Source: Ginkgo biloba (taxonomy: Eukaryota > Plantae > Ginkgophyta). Taken from it: 18,674 bases of DNA. The position numbers and the translations under genes are program-made. Below the pieces are notes generated by a model. It was not told the origin of the DNA, made no database searches, and saw nothing but the letters and a program-made list of their open reading frames with translations. Location: assembly GCA_024626585.2 (NCBI GenBank), contig JANKJI020000004.1, forward strand, positions 166,415,949 through 166,434,622. The letters run 5' to 3'. Shown piece after piece: positions 11,920-18,674 of the stretch; the first letter of the stretch is position 1; every line of letters starts with the position of its first letter.

Positions 11920-12861
11920 TTAGCTAATAATGCATTCTCTAGGATTTACATGACCACCATCTTCAGAGGAGTCACCATCTGATGATAAATCCAAAAGAAC
12001 ATACTCATCTGCATCATCATCTTCGCCTTCAAAATCTGCTCTTGAATACCTGCTCTCAGCAGTTGGCTGAGATTGCCGCCTTTGTAATCTCAAAACGCGC
12101 ATAATTACATCTGGTGTGAGAGTGATACGTGAACGATCTTCTCTGCCCTGTTTGTTGGCTTCCATTATCTCGTCCACATTATCAGGGAGTGAAATCAAAT
12201 GATCTGCTGTAGGGGCCCATATTTTGACATTTTTCTCGATCCCACTTGTAGCAAGTATAGTTGCATAGGGATGAGGCTCCAGGCAGTTAACCACATGTTG
12301 GTCGCCTACCATCAAATGCACTAGCTCACCTCCCTTCTTCCTCCAAATAAATATTCGACCACGATCAGATCCACTGACTACATACTCAGTGTTAGGGCCA
12401 AAGAAATTTACGCCCTTCACAGTATGGGAATTTCGGTGTCCTTTGTAAACCTAAGGACCTTCTAATTCATTCCTCTTCTCAGCTGATGGCAATTTTGGGT
12501 TTGGACCCAAACTCATTTCCCGTTGAAACAAGTAAATCAGTTCATCATTGTAAGAGACGAGTAACTCGCCTTGGTTAGAATAAGCTAGACCTGTGATGTT
12601 CACATTATCATTGCCAATAAGATGTTGGGGGCAGAATGAATCCACAGGGCAATCTTCATTGGTTGATGCATCCCACCGATGCTTTCGGATGTCATAAACA
12701 TGAGCGTATTCATCAGAACCACCAACAGAAAAATAATTTGGATTTCTTGGATCTATTGCAATTACATTAAGTCGCAACGCTAAGGGTGGTCGTGGCTTGC
12801 TGGTTTCTTGGAAGGCATGGCAAGTGAAAAGCTTGGTTGCAGTATTGCTTCGCAAATCAAA
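11920..12861 (-). CDS. DCAF8: DCAF8-like last exon (FDLRSN...ECIIS*), with internal premature TAG
   Basis: ORFs 12451-12867 and 11920-12420 are in the same frame, separated by EGP*VYKGHRNSHT. Confidence 0.9.
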
Positions 12862-12987
12862 CTGCACAAAACGAGTATCAATGATTGTTTAGCCGTCTTT
12901 GAATTTAATGACCTGTGGAATTCTCCTAAAACCATATACACAAAAACTTTAGAAAAAAACACGAGGAAACCAAAAGCCAGGACTTAC
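12862..12987 (-). other. 126-bp GT-AG intron
   Basis: gtaagtcc...tttgtgcag joins VQH|FDLR in phase 0. Confidence 0.9.
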
Positions 12988-13128
12988 ATGTTGGACAATT
13001 CCATCTTCACCACAGCTGTAAAATATGTGGGGACTTCCAGGCTCTATTGCAAGCTTATGGCAACGCCCCCGATGCTTTGCTAGTTTTTTTGTGTCAACCT
13101 GACCATTCTCCAAAATTTGAGCATGCCT
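12988..13128 (-). CDS. DCAF8: DCAF8-like exon B (main part; absent from ORF track): RHAQILENGQVDTKKLAKHRGRCHKLAIEPGSPHIFYSCGEDGIVQH
   Basis: Manual translation gives 47 open codons, with donor CAT|gtaagt at 12987. It lacks an adjacent usable acceptor and its first codon, which is stranded at 17668-17670. Confidence 0.9.
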
Positions 13129-13539
13129 TTCTTCTCAAATAGCTCGGTTGTTCCTTGATACCCACTGCAACAGGATGCCCAGAATCACTTTCAAACCACT
13201 CATNNNNNNNNNNNNNNNNNNNNNNNNNNNNNNNNNNNNNNNNNNNNNNNNNNNNNNNNNNNNNNNNNNNNNNNNNNNNNNNNNNNNNNNNNNNNNNNNN
13301 NNNATGATTGTTGCTCAAATAGTTGTAGTATCCGCTTCTCTTTTATCCCACCCATAAACAAATATATGCGGGGATCTTTTCCTTGAGATGGTAGAGTACA
13401 AGTATGATGTCATGGTGAAGATTTTGTTGGCACCCATGGAGTATTGTGGAGATGTGTTCTTCTGCATGAAATACCCATAATATTTTAATGGGAATGACTT
13501 ATCATGGGAGTTCAAATCCATCGGACCGTTTGGCCCTTT

Positions 13540-15700
13540 TTAATGCTATAGTTGAGATGAAAGGTATCGCCAAGGAAGATGAGTTGAAGCAATGTTTTAT
13601 GCTGACTTTGAGAGGAGAAACACTGCAATGGTATACTAGTGATGATTATAGATAAATGTCTTGGGATGAGTAGGGGGGGCATTCTTGGATAGATTCTAGG
13701 TACTTAGAGACCCAGGAATAATCACCCAAGAGTTAATATCTGCAAGATAGATGCATGTAGAATCGGTAAGGGAGTATGAAGGTCCAATAAATATATTATT
13801 ATCAAATTTGGATGTAAAGACAACGATTGAAAATCCTTTGTTGATAGAATTACTGAAGAGGGAGTGGAAGGACCCTCAACATCAGGATTGTTAGGAGGAT
13901 AATTATTTGACAAAGTGAATATCACAGGAAAAATTATTAAGCTGAAGATATTGAATTTGTTGGAGCATCAATGAATTTGTACGTGTTGGCAACATAGACT
14001 ATCCCTATATTCACATAAGCCACAATGGAAACTAATGCTCAACAACATCTTCAATGATGTATTAAAGTATGGATAGATAATCACTAAGGAAAGTAGCATG
14101 GATAGAATTAAAGAATCACTAAGTAACATGGATAGAATTAAAAAATAATTTTCTAGCATACTATGGCATCAAACTATAGCCTAAAAATGGCAAGATTTAC
14201 GATGTTACTATGGAATTTATGAAAGAACTGCACACTCATTAACACTGGATAAGAAGGCAATCCACTTTCAAGATCTCAAAACTAGGAAGATCAATAATGA
14301 CACAGTAACTGAACCCTGCAACATCATCATGGAAGATTACCGAGACATGCGAACAATCACTCAAGCTATAGCATTATTTTAGGAGTATTAGTATGTTTTC
14401 GCATGGTGATTTAAAGACATTATGGGAGTTCCTCCTAAATTAGGGCAATCCCACATTGATTAGATTGAAGGAGCCAAAACCAGTAGGTAAGAGCCATATA
14501 GAATGAATCCCAAATACGAGGTATAGGTGAAAGAAAAAATTGATAAGATGTTGGAAGCAAGATACATAAGCAAAGTTGATAATAGTGAATGGGTTAGTCC
14601 CATTGTCATTGTCTAAAAGAAAATTGGGAAAATAAGAGTATGTATGGACTATAGGGAGCTCAATAAAGGGACAAAGAAAGACCCATTTCCATTCATAGAA
14701 GACATACTTGAGTGAGTAGAAGGACATGAGGTGTTTTCCTTCACGGACGATTTTAGTAGGATATAACCAAGTCAGCATCGCACTAGAAGACCAATTGAAG
14801 ACAACTTTTGTTACAGAGTGGGGAACATATGCATACCGTATAATGCCCTTTGGACAAACGAATGCCTCAACTACATTTCAACAGATCATACTAAATATCT
14901 TTAAAAAGATGATCAATGAGAAGGTAGAAGTGTTTCTAGATGATTGGACCCTTTATTCTCTAATTAGTAACCACTTGACTGATCTCAAGCAAATGCTTCA
15001 AGTATGTCAAAAAAGTGGGTTGTGCCTAAACCCACAAAATTGCAAATTCATGGTACCAATGAGGAACTTATTAAGCCACATTGCTAATTAAAAGGGGCTA
15101 CTCACGGACCCATCGAAAGTAANNNNNNNNNNNNNNNNNNNNNNNNNNNNNNNNNNNNNNNNNNNNNNNNNNNNNNGGCTCTATGGGATTGACTAGTTAT
15201 TATTCAAGATCTATTAAAATTATGCACACATATTAGCTCCATTAGTAAGTTTATTAAGAAAAGACTCCTCATTTCCTTGTACACTTTAACACTGGTTGGC
15301 ATTTGAAGAATTAAAAGATAAAGTGCTAAGTCCATATTAGGATATCTAGAATAGACAAAGGCATTCCACATACAGATGGATGCTTCACTGAATACCATCA
15401 ATAGCATACTAGCACAACTAGGTGACATAAGTATTGACCGTCCTATATATTTTGCTAGTCGAAAATTATCATCCATAGAACATAATTATATCACTACCAA
15501 AAAAGAAGGGTTGGGAATGGTACATTCACTCCTAAAGTTTTGGCATTATTTATTAGTGACGCATTTTACGTTCTTTGTACATCACCAAGCATTGCTCTGT
15601 CTCATAAATAAACCAATACTTCAAGGGTGAATTAGCAAGTGGTTAGTGCTTTTCCAAGAATTTACTTTTGTGGTGTAGTCAAACCAAGGACACATCATAA
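13540..15700 (+). mobile_element. Decayed Ty3/gypsy (non-chromovirus, Phygy/Selgy/Tat-Athila-like) gag-RT-RNaseH remnant; integrase absent
   Basis: Gag: ELKQCFMLTLRGETLQWYT..SWDE (~13580-13670). RT: PYRMNPKY..SEWVSPIVIV*KK..IRVCMDYRELNK..DPFP..YNQVSIALEDQLKTTFVTEWGTYAYRIMPFG..VFLDDW. RNaseH: MDAS..RPIYFASRKLS..HHQAL..ISKWLVLFQEF. Confidence 0.92.
14069..14148 (+). repeat. ~30-bp imperfect tandem repeat (atggatagaattaaagaatcactaagtaac-like, ~2.7 copies)
   Basis: atggataga at 14069, 14098 and 14128; aatcactaag occurs twice. Confidence 0.8.
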
Positions 15701-16096
15701 TGTCTATTTACTTATAACAAACCAATGTTAAAGTATAATTTCTATTATAGGGAAGATATTTAGAGATGCAGAATAGTAGAAAGGAAGAAAATTGAGAGAG
15801 AAGAATGATTTTCATTAAATGCTCCATTGGAATAGTAAANNNNNNNNNNNNNNNNNNNNNNNNNNNNNNNNNNNNNNNNNNNNNNNNNNNNNNNNNNNNN
15901 NNNNNNNNNNNNNNNNNNNNNNNNNNNNNNNNNNNNNNNTCACTTACTGAGCACTCAATTTGCCTCTTTGCATTTCTCTCACCCAACCGGTTTGATCCTG
16001 TTAAATCAGGTGTTTATTGATGTGATTCCACATCAATATCCCACTTCCAATGGAGGCAGACACTTCATCAAAGAGTAAGAAGAAGTGAAAATTTTC

Positions 16097-16748
16097 AAGG
16101 GGGCAACATGTCAAGACAGAATTTTGAAAATTTTGATTGTACAAGGAAGTTGGCTGAAGATTTAAATATAGAGTATCAGACATTTTGGAGACTTTGGTTG
16201 TAGCAAGTTCGTCAATTATTGGTAGTCTTAGAAACCAGCTATCCATCGTTACAATCAACAGTTACCAATTGCCTCAAGGTTCTCAGTTGCTGCTCATAAT
16301 AACACCATAGTTATCGATCGCAGAACTAGTCATCATGAAACTGCCGAATATTGCAAGTAGACTCTTGTATTAACAATTTGGAAGCAGTTGATTAATAACA
16401 CTGATTAAAGATTAGCGAATAGGTATGACTATTGAAATTGCCTATCGGAAGGCACTATTGTACTCCATAAGAATTGTAAGCTACAAAGGCATCGGATTCA
16501 TCCTTGTATCATTTCCTCTTAATTCTCTTTCTTCTATGTTCGTTGTTATGACTGTATAATGTACATTCTTTCATAAAGGCTCTTCATGTGTAAACATCAT
16601 TAGCCATCACTGACCTCTTCCTAGGACTCTGGAATGTAGATCTGCTGGTGAGAGAAGCAGAGCTGCCATTACTGTCTCTCTGGGGCTATCAGTTGAAGAT
16701 TAATAAATTAATAATACAATCTTCTCTGTGATGCTTTACCGGCAAACA
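16097..16748 (+). mobile_element. Polypurine tract (16097-16103) plus 3' LTR (16109-16748, ~640 bp)
   Basis: aagggggcaaca|TGTcaagac...ggcaaACA gives TGT..ACA termini directly after a PPT. There is an aataaa at ~16702, and sequence character changes abruptly at 16749. The partner LTR is not visible. Confidence 0.65.
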
Positions 16749-17670
16749 TTCCTCATAAAAGTCTCGCTGGCTGTTTGAACCCAAGTATTTGTTTTTTTGT
16801 TTGTGGACCGAATCTACTTCAGCCTTGCCTTTGTAGGTTCTTGTTGGCTTCAGTTCATTATCTACTGGCATGCTCAATGATACGAGGGAGGCACTCTCTG
16901 GCATGAGTTAGTTGTGTTCATCGGTATGCTTGCAGGCGACACGGATGTCATGCTATCCCAAAATGGTTCTGTCCTTGGTTTACTCTGTTTATTTCCCAAC
17001 ACCAAGGAGCATGTGAATATAGCTCTAGCCTCACAAAGCTATGATGGATGCAGCCAGACGAGATTGTTGTCCACATACGATGAAATGGAAGCCCCCATAT
17101 ATGGGGTTTGAGATTTCAAGTTGAAGGTCCATTCCTTGGACCGGTAAGGGTGTTCCTTGGTCCGGCTTGCCCACAAGTAGACCATCAAAGAACATGGGAG
17201 CTGTTGTGCTCAGGGGAAGCCTCATTGGCATTATTTTGTTTTCTCTAAGTTCAAAGTTGAATTATTAAAGAGGCTAACCTCGGTCATACGTGATGTGGTA
17301 TTAGGTCTCAGCCCCTGGGCATTTGTTATCCAGTTTACTTTGTTTTCCCCAGATCCCTGCATGGTGGCCAGTCTGAGTTCTTGATATTGTATTGGTAAGA
17401 GAGGCTAACTCACCCTCTATTTCCCAATTCTTTGTGTGAGGCAGCAGAATCTAGAGATGTTTTGTTCTAAGAGGAATACATGTCCCCCGGAGACCTATGC
17501 ACGAGATGTTAATAGTTTGTAGGATTGCCTTGCAGCCTTCGGTTCCCTGCATGGATACTATGCTTGCATCTGCCATGCCATTGCTCTGGTCCTGCAAGGC
17601 CAGAAGACTGGTGTGCCTAATGCCCACCATAATGAGTGTGCAAGCACCACTCCTCGGGTATTTTTATTAA

Positions 17671-17783
17671 CTGCAGTAATTTTCCAATTTTACAAACCAT
17701 CTTTTACAACAAAAATAATAAAAAAAGGAGCTTGCCACTTTACAAATGAAACAACTAGTAGAAATAAACGGATCAGAATGTAC
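17671..17783 (-). other. Original 113-bp intron of the DCAF8-like gene
   Basis: Minus strand gtacattc...T-rich...aattactgcag. It is followed by TTA A, which completes the exon resuming at 13128 (TTA AGG CAT, family consensus V-R-H). Confidence 0.7.
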
Positions 17784-18039
17784 CTGTCCATCTGCAGCAC
17801 AAGTAACAACACTGCGGTCATCTGTGAAGGGCATAATCCTGGCCTGAAAAACATTGCTTGCATGACCAGAAGGAAAAGCAAATGTTCTAGTTTTAGCATC
17901 CCAATCCCAAAACATGACCTGTCTATCATCAGAGCCTGACACAAGTAGGTTGCCAGTTGGATTGAACTGTACAGTATTTNNNNNNNNNNCCCTGATGTGC
18001 AGCCAACTCTGCATAGAGCTCTAGACGCTGAATAAGATC
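17784..18039 (-). CDS. DCAF8: DCAF8-like exon A (internal): DLIQRLELYAELAAHQG[gap]NTVQFNPTGNLLVSGSDD...AADGQ
   Basis: Acceptor ...ctttgacccag at 18040-18041 and donor CAG|gtacat at 17783. The 10-N gap sits where 6 nt (G-C-V) are expected, which explains the frame change in the ORF track. Confidence 0.9.
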
Positions 18040-18674
18040 CTGGGTCAAAGACAATAACATAAAAGTGTAAGCCAAACATGTCTTTAAATTTTGTGTTACA
18101 TATGTTGCTTAAAAAACACATATCTAACCCCTTCAGCGTCTCCCGCTTTATGCACAGTATGAACAAAATCCATGTGCACTGAATGACCTACACAGACAAC
18201 AACAGTGCAGAAATATGTATGCATGAAAATATCCATAGGGAATGCAGCCTAGGCCAAACCAAAGAACGAAAAAATGCATTAACAACTCAGTCTAGAATCC
18301 AGGTAATATGTTTCAACATTCATAGACAACGAAATGCTCAGAATGCAAGCACTCTTATGTTTTCCTCGCTTTAACTGTTTCCCTTTTGCTTTCAATTACT
18401 ATCTTTGTATATTTCATGCATCCAAAATGCAATCCATCCACAACATCTAAGATCTAGCCTCTAATGAAGGTATGGTTTGATGCCATACCACTCTAGAGTC
18501 TACACCATTTTTCCACAGACTCCATGCTGACAATGCATTTTTCATTAGCTCTTTAGACACATCAGCGGTTCTAACAAGCATACAGGGTCCATCACACAGT
18601 CACCCAATCTCCAAAACACTATTGTCAATCAACATCTAGAACTCAACTATTCAAATTTTTCTTAAGTTATAATT

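Larger units (their letters stand above)
13130..17666. mobile_element. Composite insertion within exon B (unidentified ~1 kb segment plus nested gypsy pieces)
   Basis: Removing it restores + strand agcatgcc-tt-aactgcag. It is flanked only by a 2-bp 'tt' on both sides. Confidence 0.7.
11920..18039 (-). pseudogene. DCAF8: DDB1- and CUL4-associated factor 8-like WD40 gene (plant DCAF8/WDR42A family), disrupted; first coding exon not in window
   Basis: Three GT-AG, phase-0 joined exons encode typical motifs: NTVQFN..LVSGSDD, SGH.SNVFQARIMPFTDDR, HKLAIEPGSPHIFYSCGEDG, LLVSYNDELIYLF, YKGHRN..TVKGVNFFGP, VVNCLEPHP, TLTPDVIM.VLRLQRR. There is an in-frame TAG at 12451-12453 and a 4.5 kb insertion in the middle exon. 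Confidence 0.9.

Noticed and set aside
12451-12453. Stop-codon readthrough, RNA editing, or the TAG acting as a splice acceptor
   Set aside because: A single C>T change from CAG explains it, homology is continuous on both sides, and the gene has other lesions.
11920-12861. Long intronless last exon as evidence of retrocopying
   Set aside because: Upstream introns are retained, no polyA or TSD is visible, and I cannot establish that orthologs have introns here.
13130-17666. DIRS/tyrosine-recombinase retroelement (FLDDW motif, no TSD, T-rich ends)
   Set aside because: The RT/RH motifs are plant gypsy-type, no recombinase motif was found in 15940-17666, and a PPT plus TG..CA LTR is present.
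17980-17989. Frameshift in exon A
   Set aside because: It coincides with a 10-N gap where 6 nt are expected, so it is a gap-size artefact.
11662-18374. Antisense/short ORFs (11662-11907, 11752-11982, 12808-13083, 14440-14778, 17613-17939, 17690-18166, 18183-18374)
   Set aside because: They are shadows of real exons or pol, or chance ORFs in intron/UTR, with no recognisable motifs.

Overview
AT-rich, CpG-depleted eukaryotic DNA from a gapped draft assembly. It is a land-plant nuclear genome, probably a large gymnosperm-type genome (inference). Four parts: (1) 1-5649 is a diverged non-coding macro-repeat with three direct copies, an internal duplication and an inverted 5' segment. (2) ~6000-9470 is a heavily decayed, nearly full-length Ty3/gypsy element (gag zinc knuckle-PR-RT-RNaseH-IN-PPT, no chromodomain) whose motifs look atypical for seed-plant lineages. 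(3) 11920-18039 (minus) is a spliced DCAF8-like WD40 gene that looks pseudogenised, with an in-frame TAG and one exon split by a ~4.5 kb insertion just after its first codon. (4) That insertion is composite: an unidentified ~1 kb coding-like segment with internal repeats, plus a nested gypsy gag-RT-RNaseH remnant and a PPT+LTR. I found no convincing new biological system. The best leads are the split exon, the unidentified insert and the unusual gypsy lineage. Several 100-N gaps make long-range contiguity uncertain.
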